Source: Conexivisphaerales archaeon (lineage in GTDB: Archaea > Thermoproteota > Nitrososphaeria > Conexivisphaerales > DTJL01). From it: a DNA stretch of 44,075 bases. Shown piece by piece: positions 1-8,646 of the stretch. How positions within the stretch are numbered: position 1 is the first letter of the stretch; each line of letters begins with the position of its first letter. The notes below the pieces were generated by a model. The model did no database searches and was not told the DNA's origin. It worked only from the letters and a program-made list of their open reading frames with translations. Location: assembly GCA_049509455.1 (NCBI GenBank), contig JBEKZX010000013.1:1-44075 (forward strand). Reading direction: 5' to 3'. Both the position numbers and the translations under genes were made by a program.

Positions 1-207
1 GCCTGGATCAGGATGTTCTCCTTCTACTACACCTCGTCAGGGAGCACTCGGCCCTGAATCCCCTCCGTCGCCATCCCCCTCTCAGCTGCAGTCCGAAGCG
101 GACAGGTTCGTCTCCTTAGTCATGGAGGCGATCCAATAGGCGTTAAGTTGACAGCTCCCCCCGCCTGGGCGAAACTTATTATGAGGACGCCTCTCCCTCC
201 ATGAGGA

Positions 208-825
208 ATGAAAGGCGCGACTCCCGCACTGGACGTCATAGCATCCCGGCGGAGCGTGCGATCCTTCTCCTCCAAGCATCCGCCCGACGCTGCCATTGAC
301 CTACTCATTGAAGCAGGCAGGCGGGCCCCGTCCGCTCACAACAGCCAGCCTTGGATCTTCTCGGTCCTGCGCTCCGACGAGGAAAAAGAGGGACTGGCCA
401 GGGCCATGAGGGGGGTCTTCCTTCGCTACCTCAGGTCCCAGGGCGACGCATCTCCCGCCGAAAAGGCCGACTTGGCATACAAACGCACGGCGTCGGCTCC
501 GGTCCTGATCCTCCTCAGCCTCGACCTGTCACAGCTGAGGTCGCAGCCTACGCCTTCTAGGAGATATGGCGAACGGCTCATGGGGTCACAGAGCGTCGCG
601 GCGGCAGCTCAGAACATCCTCCTGGCCGCACACGCCAGCGGGCTGGGGGGATGCTGGAGGGGTGCGCCCATATTCTGCGCGTTCGCCGTCAGGAGGGCGC
701 TGGAGCTACCATCGCACTTTTATCCCCAGGTGCTCCTGGAGATCGGGTACCCCTTAGGAAAGGCCAAGAGGAAGAAGCTCAAGGCTAAAGACGAAGTGGT
801 GCGCTACGGGATCGGGTGGAGGTAG
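208..825 (+). CDS. Nitroreductase-fold protein resembling the C-terminal domain of FbiB / standalone FbiE (putative dehydro-F420-0 reductase)
   Basis: SRRSVRSF, APSAHNSQPW and VAAAAQNILLAAHASGLGGCW..AP motifs. Overlaps the cofD start. Confidence 0.85.
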   Translation: MKGATPALDVIASRRSVRSFSSKHPPDAAIDLLIEAGRRAPSAHNSQPWIFSVLRSDEEKEGLARAMRGVFLRYLRSQGDASPAEKADLAYKRTASAPVLILLSLDLSQLRSQPTPSRRYGERLMGSQSVAAAAQNILLAAHASGLGGCWRGAPIFCAFAVRRALELPSHFYPQVLLEIGYPLGKAKRKKLKAKDEVVRYGIGWR

Positions 826-1643
826 GAGAAGTGGACCACGTCGTGCTCTTGGCCGGAGGGGTTGGAGCATCGAAGCTCGCCGTGGGCCTTTCTCACCTTC
901 TTGAGCCTGGACGGATGACGATTATATCGAACGTAGCCGACGACGAAGAAGTCTACGGGCTCCACGTTTCGCCTGACATCGACATCGTCACCTATGCCTT
1001 GGTCGGCATGGTGGACGAGGCCAAGGGATGGGGCGTCGCTGGTGACACGTTCAACTGCGACGGGTTCCTGAGGCTTCTGGGCGAAGAGCCGTGGCTCTTG
1101 CTAGGAGACAAGGACCTGGCCGTGAACATCGCCCGGACCAACCTCCTCAAGCAGGGCGCACGGCTCAGCGAGGTGACTCGGATCATATCAGAGGCCATGG
1201 GGGCACGCCACAGAATCATCCCGGTCACTGACAACCGGCTGACGACCTTCCTATACACCGACGCCGGGCCCATGTCCTTTGAGAGATACTACGTGCAGGA
1301 GGCGCAGAACCATCCCATCCTCAGCGTGAAGAAAGTGAGGGCGTCCATCATCAGGAGCCATGCTTTCAAGGTGGCCGTCTCCCCCATCATCGCAGGCAGG
1401 ACGGTCAAGGGGCCGGCGGACAAGATGTTAAGGGCACTGGGTTACGATGCCTCCCCCGTCGGGGTCGCCGAATTCTACGACGGGCTGCTGGACTGCCTGC
1501 TCTTGGACACGGCCGACGCCGGGCTCGAACGAGACGTTTCAAGGATGGGCATCAGGGCGGTGGTCGACAACATCATGATGACGGACCTGCCGGCGAAGGT
1601 CCGCCTCGGTCGCTCCGTGCTTGAGGCGAAGCCATCTACCTGA
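816..1643 (+). CDS. cofD: 2-phospho-L-lactate transferase (F420-0 synthesis); appears to carry an in-frame internal deletion of about 40 aa
   Basis: LAGGVGASKL, NVADD...GLHVSPDIDIVTY, LGDKDLA and VAVSPII...VKGPADKM motifs. The usual GPSNPxxSI segment is absent. Confidence 0.9.
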   Translation: MEVGEVDHVVLLAGGVGASKLAVGLSHLLEPGRMTIISNVADDEEVYGLHVSPDIDIVTYALVGMVDEAKGWGVAGDTFNCDGFLRLLGEEPWLLLGDKDLAVNIARTNLLKQGARLSEVTRIISEAMGARHRIIPVTDNRLTTFLYTDAGPMSFERYYVQEAQNHPILSVKKVRASIIRSHAFKVAVSPIIAGRTVKGPADKMLRALGYDASPVGVAEFYDGLLDCLLLDTADAGLERDVSRMGIRAVVDNIMMTDLPAKVRLGRSVLEAKPST

Positions 1644-2409
1644 AGAGGTCCCGCTTGATTCTGCGCTGCAGCGGCTTGGCGCCTTCGCCCGGCTGGAAGA
1701 GGTATCCCTTGACGATTACGACCGGTAGGCCCCTGCTCTTTCCCATTACGAGCTCCGCCGCAGCCGCCAGCTCGTCCACCTGGGCGATGTTGGTGACTTT
1801 GAGGGTCCAGCCGTACATGTCCGACTTCCCTCTATAGTCCCTGAAGCAGGAGATCCCCGAGGCGCCAATGGCGAAGTCCACCTGCCCCTCCCTCCAGGGC
1901 CTGCCGTGGGTGTCCGAGATGACGACGGCAGCTTTCTTCCCGCTGCGGGATTCGATGCCCCTCCTGATCCTGACCGCCGACCGATCGGGGTCCTCAGGGA
2001 GAAGGAGGAGTCTGCCCTCGTCGCCGACGTTGGACCTGTCCACACCCGAATTGGCGCATATTATCCCCTGCTTGCTTTCGGTGATGAGGATGCCCAGCCG
2101 CGCCCTCACTATGCTGCGGCTCTCGCGCAGGACCACTTCGACCTCCCTCGGATCCTTCTTCAGGAAGGAGCCTAGGCTCTCGGCGAATGCCGATGGCTTC
2201 ACGCTTTCCAAGCTCACGAGCCTCCCTTCGGCCTTCGAAACCACCTTCTGGGCTATTATGTAGACGTCGCCCTCGGAGAAGGGGATGCGAGCCTTCTTCT
2301 GGGCGGAGTATATCACACTCCCCAGATCGTCGCCCGGTCTTACATCCCCTATCCCGGCCAGGGCGATGAACCTTAGTTCGGGGGCGCCGACATCTTCGCT
2401 CTTCTTCAA
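1636..2409 (-). CDS. cofE: Coenzyme F420-0:L-glutamate ligase
   Basis: IAQKVVSKAEGR, ANSGVDRSN, ISDTHGRPWREGQ and DELAAAAELVMG motifs. TTG start. Confidence 0.93.
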   Translation of the reverse strand: MKKSEDVGAPELRFIALAGIGDVRPGDDLGSVIYSAQKKARIPFSEGDVYIIAQKVVSKAEGRLVSLESVKPSAFAESLGSFLKKDPREVEVVLRESRSIVRARLGILITESKQGIICANSGVDRSNVGDEGRLLLLPEDPDRSAVRIRRGIESRSGKKAAVVISDTHGRPWREGQVDFAIGASGISCFRDYRGKSDMYGWTLKVTNIAQVDELAAAAELVMGKSRGLPVVIVKGYLFQPGEGAKPLQRRIKRDLFR

Positions 2410-2461
2410 GACCGAGAGTAGCGCCGATGGTTCGTATTTAAGCGTAGACGGTGGGGACGGC

Positions 2462-3520
2462 CTACTTAGACTGCTCCTTCTTCGTATAGTTCAGTATGCC
2501 TATTTGGCCAGCGAGATTCTGGGCAATCTCTTCGAAGCTCTTGGCGATGAGGCTCTCCTTGGTGTTCAGCGGGATGCCCACATCTCCGGCGACCCTCACC
2601 TGGGAGTCCAGGGGGATCTCCCCGAGGAAGGGGACTCCGGCTTCGTCGGCGGCGGCCTTCCCGCCCCCGTGGCTGAAGATCTCCGAGCGCTCGTCGCAGT
2701 GCGGGCAGACATAGTAACTCATGTTCTCTATAATGCCGAGGATAGGTATCTCCAGCTTCCTGAACATGTACAGCGCCTTCTCCGCCACCAGGAGGGCCGC
2801 CTCCTGTGGCGTCGTGACCACGACCACTCCGGTTATTCGGATGGACTGAGCCAAGGAGAGCGCGGAGTCACCGGTGCCCGGCGGAAGGTCCACAATCAAA
2901 TAGTCCAGTGCGCTCCAGTCGACCAGCTCCAGGAAGTCTTTCACTGCCTTCCCTATCAGCGGACCTCTCCATATGACGGGCGTCTGGGTGTTGCTGAAGA
3001 AGCCCATAGAGATGACCTCCATCCCCTGGGCGACCAGCGGGGTAATCCTGTTCTCGTGGACCTCAGGGAGCCCAGAAACTCCCAGCATCGCCGGGATGCT
3101 GGCGCCATAGATGTCCGCGTCCAGCAGGCCCACCCTGACTCCTGCCCTGCTGAGCGCAACGGCCAGGTTGACCGCCACCGTTGACTTCCCCACTCCGCCC
3201 TTCCCGCTGGCTATGGCGATGACGTTCTTGATCTGAGAGACGCCGGACCTTCCCGGGGCGTTCGACGAAGAGACCTCTGCAGGGAGGTCTACGTGCACCT
3301 TCTCCACCCCTGGTACCGCGGCTATGCGGTCGTTCACATCTTTAAGCAGCTGATCCCGGGCGGCGGAGGCGGGCGTCGCAAGCACCAGTCTGACGTAAAC
3401 CTCATTCCCGAGGATGGTGATCTCCCTGACGAAGCCCGCAGTGACTATGTCCTTTCCGAGCTCAGGGTCCCTGACCTTGGAAAGCGCCTTGAGTATCTGC
3501 TCCTTTGAAACGGGCAACAT
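2462..3520 (-). CDS. Mrp/NBP35 (ApbC) Fe-S cluster carrier ATPase with N-terminal DUF59 domain
   Basis: V.DPELGKDIV, ASGKGGVGKST, DLPPGTGD and ENMSYYVCPHC motifs. Confidence 0.93.
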   Translation of the reverse strand: MLPVSKEQILKALSKVRDPELGKDIVTAGFVREITILGNEVYVRLVLATPASAARDQLLKDVNDRIAAVPGVEKVHVDLPAEVSSSNAPGRSGVSQIKNVIAIASGKGGVGKSTVAVNLAVALSRAGVRVGLLDADIYGASIPAMLGVSGLPEVHENRITPLVAQGMEVISMGFFSNTQTPVIWRGPLIGKAVKDFLELVDWSALDYLIVDLPPGTGDSALSLAQSIRITGVVVVTTPQEAALLVAEKALYMFRKLEIPILGIIENMSYYVCPHCDERSEIFSHGGGKAAADEAGVPFLGEIPLDSQVRVAGDVGIPLNTKESLIAKSFEEIAQNLAGQIGILNYTKKEQSK

Positions 3521-3652
3521 CCCAACTCACCGAACGACTGAAAAGAGAGCCTCTGCTCCCCAGATAAAAACGTAACCGAAGATGGAGGGGCCATCAGAGA
3601 CGGCCCGACTCCTTTAATTAGGGAAGGGGCGACGACGAAATGTGGCTGGCCT

Positions 3653-4525
3653 TTGAAGATAGCACGATTCGAGTCGGAGGGCAGGCAGGGGTATGGCCTG
3701 GTGACCACGAAGGGCGTCGTTCCCTCCGTCTACTTGGGAGGAGACCTCCCGGCGGACCTCTTTGAACTGGTCAACTCGGAAGTGCTTATGAGCGCCGCGT
3801 TTGGGAAGGAGCTCTCGCGCCTCGCGTCCTCGGCAGAGCACCGCCTTGGGCTGGAGCAGCTGAAGCTACTCGCCCCGCTGCCCAGACCTGGAAAGGTCAT
3901 CTGCTTGGGCAAGAACTACATGGAGCATGTCGCCGAATCAAACACGGAGCCCCCAAAGGAGCTAATAATCTTCATGAAGCCTTCCACGGCCGTGACCGGG
4001 CCCTTCGACAACGTCATCTATCCTTCCATAACGAGCCAGCTCGATTATGAAGGAGAGCTGGGCGTGGTCATGGGGCAAAGGTGCAAGAAGGCGAGCCCGG
4101 CAGAGGCCCTGGGATTCGTGCTAGGCTACCTCGTCTTCAACGACGTGTCGGCACGCGACCTGCAGTTCGGCGACGGCCAGTGGACGAGGGGGAAGGGTTG
4201 CGATACGTTCGCGCCCACGGGTCCGTGGATAACGACCCGAGAGGAGGTGCCGAACCCCAACGCGCTCCGGCTGAAGACTTGGATCAACGGAGAGCTTAGG
4301 CAGGACTCCACCACGGCCGCTATGATAAAGAAGATAGAGGTAGTAGTGTCCACTCTCAGCCAGGGGATGACCTTGGAGGCGGGCGACATCATCGCCACCG
4401 GGACCCCGGCCGGCGTGGGCTACTATTGGAAGCCCAAGCCCAGGCTTCTCAAGCCAGGGGACAGGGTAAAGGTGGAAATCGAAGGGCTGGGCCAAATAGA
4501 GAACACCATCGTTGCCGAGAGTTAA
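3653..4525 (+). CDS. Fumarylacetoacetate hydrolase family protein
   Basis: KVICLGKNY, FMKP, DYEGEL, NDVSARD, GKGCDTFAP and GDIIATGTPAGVG motifs. TTG start about 34 nt after a TTTAAT box. Confidence 0.92.
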   Translation: MKIARFESEGRQGYGLVTTKGVVPSVYLGGDLPADLFELVNSEVLMSAAFGKELSRLASSAEHRLGLEQLKLLAPLPRPGKVICLGKNYMEHVAESNTEPPKELIIFMKPSTAVTGPFDNVIYPSITSQLDYEGELGVVMGQRCKKASPAEALGFVLGYLVFNDVSARDLQFGDGQWTRGKGCDTFAPTGPWITTREEVPNPNALRLKTWINGELRQDSTTAAMIKKIEVVVSTLSQGMTLEAGDIIATGTPAGVGYYWKPKPRLLKPGDRVKVEIEGLGQIENTIVAES

Positions 4526-4623
4526 TCTCCAAACACGGGGCGAGTTCCTAGTAGACCCGGTCTGGAGCCTTGAGACCCTTGCTAGCAAACATGAGTATTC
4601 TAATGGGTCCTCACGGACCGACG

Positions 4624-5069
4624 ATGAGGACCTTGGCCGTCGAATACGGACAGGCTCAGTCGAAACGGAGCACGCTGAGGGTGCATGCGTACGTCCTTCG
4701 CGATAAGAGGGTCGGCGTCCGCCAGTACAAAGGGCGCTTGCCATGTCGAACCGCTCTCTGGCACAGCATCACCTGTCAAAGCTGTTAGGGATGGGCCTCT
4801 TTCGCGAGGAGGGAGGCGAATGCGAGATCGTGAGAGAGGTCAAGATGGATGTGCTAGGGGACTTCCTTCGTGTCAGAATGCTTCTAGTCCCCCGTTCAGT
4901 CTTCTACGCCGCGTTCTTCCCCATCTTCGCCATCTTCTTGAAGGCTGAGGCCTTCAAGGCCTACCACGTCCAACCTTTGGCCGTATGGCCACCGGTCATT
5001 CTAGGGCTGGCCTCTGTCGCTTTCTGGTACGAAGCCATCAACGCCTGGGGAGCTGCGCCGGCCGCCTAG
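4624..5069 (+). pseudogene. Frameshifted paralog of the membrane-anchored wHTH regulator at 30701-31117
   Basis: Frame 1 reads STLRVHAYVLRDKRVGVRQ. Adding one G at about 4725 (cagta to caggta) gives VQRALAMSNRSLAQHHLSKL...LVPRSVFYAAFF...AFWYEA, collinear with STVKVYVMLL..GVREVQRALGFKSPSVAYYHLNKL...LVPRFVFYAAFF...FFWVEA. Start is ATG 4624 or TTG 4633. Confidence 0.8.
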
Positions 5070-5220
5070 CCGATGCATACTAGCACGGTCACCGCTGACC
5101 ATCTATGAGACGATCCCCCGTGTTTTGCCAGGGAGTCGTCTTCCCACGACTAAAGAGAATATGATGTTGAAATGATGGTGGGCAAAATATATAACCTTCT
5201 GAACGGGAGAGTCTTGGTAT

Positions 5221-6471
5221 ATGTCCAATATAGACGTAAGGAAAGTACAGATGGTTGGATACTCGACCCTCTCAGTCTCGCTCCCCAAGGATTGGGTCAA
5301 GGAGGTAGGCGTCAAGGCGGGGGACGTGATTTCCATAATACGCCTTGAGGACGGCTCTCTGAGACTCCATCCAGGCCTCGCGAAAGACGAGAAGTTCCCT
5401 AAGAGGGTGGTCAACGTCGACAAGATAGCCGATCCTGGACTCCTTAAGCGGGCTATCATTGGACTCTACATCATAGGTGCCGAGACGATAATCGTGACGG
5501 GGAAGAACGGGATGAACACGGCCCAGATGGAGGAAGTCAAGTCCGCCGTGCAGAGGTTGAACGGGTTCGGGATCGTGGAGCAGACCGCAGGGACGGTGAC
5601 TATACAGAGCTTCCTTGATCCGACTAAGTTTCCCATCGACGGCCTCCTCCGGCGCCTCCACACTGTCACCACATACATGTTAGAAGCCTCGTTCAAGGGC
5701 CTCCTCGAGCGCAAGAAGGAATCGGCCCAGGAGGTGGTCCTGGTGGAGGAGGAGATGGACAAGATCTACTGGATGACGGTGAGGCAGCTGCTCTACGCTT
5801 CGAAGAGGCTGGACGCAGCAAAGAAGATCGGAATCGACAACGTCTTGAACATAGCCGGGAACAGGCTCGTCGCCAAGCTGGCGGAGAAGATCGGCGACTA
5901 CGCCGAAGAGATTTCGGTCAGCACCGTCTTCATACTCGACTCAGGGTTCGAGCTCAAGGCCAGCCACAACGATGAAATCGCACGCCTGTTCAAGGAGGTC
6001 ATCGAGCTGTACGCGCAGTCCTTCAACGCCTTGCTGAACCGAGACACTGCGCAGTCCAACAGGGCCATAGAGCGCTCCGGCCGCCTGGAGAAGGAGCTCA
6101 ACGAGGCGAGCTTCCGCCTCTCGCAGGCCTACATCTCTGACCCCAACTACGGAGATCCAGCCAAGAGGGTCTCCTTCGCCTTCGCTCTCCGCTCTATACT
6201 TATTGGCCTCGTGCAGACCGTCAACTTCATCGGGACCACGATGGGCTCGGGGTACAACTCTTTCATGAGGAAGACGATCCCCTGCGGCGGGAAGACGCCC
6301 CGCTCCGTGATGATCAGGTCGATGTACTCAGGCGGCGTCACGTCGAAGGCGGGGTTCTTGACCTTCACGCCCGGGTTCTCCTTCATCCACCTCTCGCCCA
6401 CTACTTCAAGAGGGCTCCTCTCCTCTATCTCCACTAGCTCTCCTAGGAGGGTCCTCGGGCTGAGCTTGTAG
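5221..6471 (+). CDS. AbrB-N / PhoU-domain phosphate uptake regulator; natural C-terminus probably lost near 6243, after which it reads antisense through the next gene
   Basis: N-terminal RKVQMVGYSTLSVSLPKDW (AbrB-type) followed by PhoU helical repeats. The last about 75 aa are antisense of the R15P isomerase gene. Confidence 0.85.
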   Translation: MSNIDVRKVQMVGYSTLSVSLPKDWVKEVGVKAGDVISIIRLEDGSLRLHPGLAKDEKFPKRVVNVDKIADPGLLKRAIIGLYIIGAETIIVTGKNGMNTAQMEEVKSAVQRLNGFGIVEQTAGTVTIQSFLDPTKFPIDGLLRRLHTVTTYMLEASFKGLLERKKESAQEVVLVEEEMDKIYWMTVRQLLYASKRLDAAKKIGIDNVLNIAGNRLVAKLAEKIGDYAEEISVSTVFILDSGFELKASHNDEIARLFKEVIELYAQSFNALLNRDTAQSNRAIERSGRLEKELNEASFRLSQAYISDPNYGDPAKRVSFAFALRSILIGLVQTVNFIGTTMGSGYNSFMRKTIPCGGKTPRSVMIRSMYSGGVTSKAGFLTFTPGFSFIHLSPTTSRGLLSSISTSSPRRVLGLSL

Positions 6472-7175
6472 GTCTCCGCCGCCACGTAGAACCGCGTCCT
6501 AGTTTCGTGGGCGACGACCGCGATGGTGGAGGTTCCGATCTTGTTAACGACGGCCCCGTTGGAGGCGATGGCGTCGGCTCCCACGATGACCCGGTCCACT
6601 TCATGCATGTAGAGCCTGCATGCGGAGTCGGGGATGAGGGAGACGTCCACTCCGTTCTTGGCCAGGATGGTGGCGGTCAACCTCCCCTGGTAGCGGGGCC
6701 TGGTTTCGGTGACCACGACCTGGAACTCCTTGTTCTGCGCCTTGGCGGCCAGAAGTATCTGGGTGACCGCTTCGCTGTTGCAATGGGTCAGCACTACGTC
6801 GCCTGAGACTATGCGTTTGGCACCGATCTCGGCTATGACGTTCACGGCGTTCATGCTATTCGCGATGAAGTCATCGCAGAGGGAGACCACCAGCTTCCTT
6901 AGGGCCTCTAGCTTCGGGCGTCGACCGAGCCCCCTATTGGCGCCCACCAAGACGAAGTTGACGGCGTTGGCCAGCGAGACGGCCGTGGGCCTGGCCTCCC
7001 TGAGCTTCAGGCCGTACCTGGTGAGCTCTGCCACCAGCTGCGCCGGCGACCGCGCCTGGCTCCTGATGGCGCCTTCCTTCAGGGCTTCGGTCGCGGCCCT
7101 GGCGATGCGCCCCGCCCCCCTAATCTCCATTGATCGAATGGCCTTGTAGGCAGAGTCGACCGCTTCACTTGTCAT
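6147..7175 (-). CDS. Ribose-1,5-bisphosphate isomerase (eIF-2B alpha-like family)
   Basis: MEIRGAGRIA, RPTAVSL, THCNS (catalytic Cys), ETRPRYQG, VGADAI (catalytic Asp) and NPAFDVTP motifs. The tail after about 6241 reads antisense into the PhoU gene. Confidence 0.9.
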   Translation of the reverse strand: MTSEAVDSAYKAIRSMEIRGAGRIARAATEALKEGAIRSQARSPAQLVAELTRYGLKLREARPTAVSLANAVNFVLVGANRGLGRRPKLEALRKLVVSLCDDFIANSMNAVNVIAEIGAKRIVSGDVVLTHCNSEAVTQILLAAKAQNKEFQVVVTETRPRYQGRLTATILAKNGVDVSLIPDSACRLYMHEVDRVIVGADAIASNGAVVNKIGTSTIAVVAHETRTRFYVAAETYKLSPRTLLGELVEIEERSPLEVVGERWMKENPGVKVKNPAFDVTPPEYIDLIITERGVFPPQGIVFLMKELYPEPIVVPMKLTVCTRPISIERRAKAKETLLAGSP

Positions 7176-7285
7176 TAGAATGAGCCACTTCCCGCACGTA
7201 GATAAGGCTTGGCGCTGTTAGACTTAACGCAAGAAACCCTCTACGGCCTTCGGCTACTGACCGCATTCGGAATGTTAGCCTGATG

Positions 7286-7543
7286 TCACTGCTTGACTAT
7301 TTCGCCCATCGCGAAACTCGGCCTGATCTGCGAGATCTTGACCTTAACCTTATCTCCCTGCTTTGTGTTCGGCACGAAGATAACGTAGCCTTGGACTCTC
7401 GCTAGGCCATCGCCGCGGCGGCTGATCTCCGAGATTTCGACTTCCAGCTCATCGCCCACCTTCACTGGCTTTGGCTTGAAGTACGATCTTGGAAGCCTCC
7501 GTTCCTGCGGCTGTTCGGCTGGACTTGTAGGTGCTTCATTCAT
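7286..7543 (-). CDS. Single TRAM-domain RNA-binding protein
   Basis: PVKVGDELEVEISEISRRGDGLARVQGYVIFVP motif. Confidence 0.9.
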   Translation of the reverse strand: MNEAPTSPAEQPQERRLPRSYFKPKPVKVGDELEVEISEISRRGDGLARVQGYVIFVPNTKQGDKVKVKISQIRPSFAMGEIVKQ

Positions 7544-7710
7544 GTCGAAACGATACCTTGAAAAGTACGCCCCTCTGGCGGCTATTTAAACTTGAGGGAG
7601 CACTCTATCCTTCCAGCAAGGCGAGGTGGCGATGATATACCGGTAGCCCTTACGGAACTCATGAGGCAAACGCCTTTAAGCCCGCCCTCAGACTTCATCG
7701 TCGTCAAAAC

Positions 7711-8547
7711 ATGACCGCAATCAAGGAGGGCGATTACATCCTCCTCTACTCCCGCAAGGGGAAGAACTGGCTGATCAAGGCCTCCGCCAAAGGGGACTTC
7801 CACACCCACCTTGGGAGGATACCCTTCGCGGGGGTCGTCGGGAACGAGTTCGGCTGCTCGGTGTTATCTGATACAGGCCAGCCCTTTTACGTGTTGAAAC
7901 CTACGGTCGAGGACTTCCTGATGAAATGTGAACGACAGACGCAGATCGTCTATCCCAAGGATATGGGCCTCATGGCCATCAAGACGGGCATAGGTCCAGG
8001 TGCGAAGGTGGTGGAGACGGGAACGTGGAGCGGTGCGCTGACGACCTACGTGGCCAGCCTCGTGAGGCCCGGGGGGAAGGTCTACAGCTATGAAATCAGG
8101 GAGGACTTCCACAAGATGGCAACGAAGAACCTTGCCAAGGCAGGCCTTTCGGATTTCGTCGAGCTAAAGCTGGCTGACGCCTCGAAAGGTTTCGAGGAAA
8201 CTGACTCCGACGCCGTCATCATTGACCTGGGGGACCCGTGGAATTTCGTCGACATCGCCTGGAAAGCCCTCAAGCCCTCCGGAGGCTTCGCGGGCATCAC
8301 GCCGACGACCAACCAAGCCGAGCTCCTCGTGGACAAGCTGAAAAGGGCGGGCTTCACCCGGACCGAATGCTTCGAAATACTGTTCAGGAAGATGGAGGCC
8401 AGGATAGGTATGACGAGGCCCTCCACCCGCATGATCGGCCACACGGCCTACATCGTGACGGCCACCAGACTCCTCGAGAAGGAGGAACCGGCGGCCGAGG
8501 CCGAACCCGAGACTGAAGCTGATGAGGAAGAGGCGCCAGAAGAGTAG
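7711..8547 (+). CDS. trmI: tRNA (adenine-N1)-methyltransferase, TrmI/Gcd14 family
   Basis: R.TQIVYPKD, ETGTWSGALT (variant of motif I), YEIREDF, DLGDPW and RP..RMIGHTAY motifs. Confidence 0.9.
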   Translation: MTAIKEGDYILLYSRKGKNWLIKASAKGDFHTHLGRIPFAGVVGNEFGCSVLSDTGQPFYVLKPTVEDFLMKCERQTQIVYPKDMGLMAIKTGIGPGAKVVETGTWSGALTTYVASLVRPGGKVYSYEIREDFHKMATKNLAKAGLSDFVELKLADASKGFEETDSDAVIIDLGDPWNFVDIAWKALKPSGGFAGITPTTNQAELLVDKLKRAGFTRTECFEILFRKMEARIGMTRPSTRMIGHTAYIVTATRLLEKEEPAAEAEPETEADEEEAPEE

Positions 8548-8610
8548 GCCGATGCCGGCCGTCCACCAAAGGATCTGGCCGGGACGGAAGCCCTTTCAAG
8601 AGGGAAAAGG

Positions 8611-8616
8611 TTTAAG
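8611..8616 (+). promoter_or_regulatory. TATA box (TTTAAG, purine-rich BRE upstream) for proS, consistent with a leaderless transcript
   Basis: gggaaaaggTTTAAG about 31 nt before the TTG start. The same spacing recurs before trmI (7675), rps26e (11069), rpo12 (23909) and HMG-CoA synthase (24174). Confidence 0.55.
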
Positions 8617-8646
8617 GCAGCTCTACAATAGTGTAGTCCATCAAAA

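Noticed and set aside
6485-6492. Extra CGTAGAAC half-sites at 6485 and about 41879
   Set aside because: They lie inside coding sequence (antisense of Phe-Tyr-Val codons), have no matching left half-site and no TATA context.
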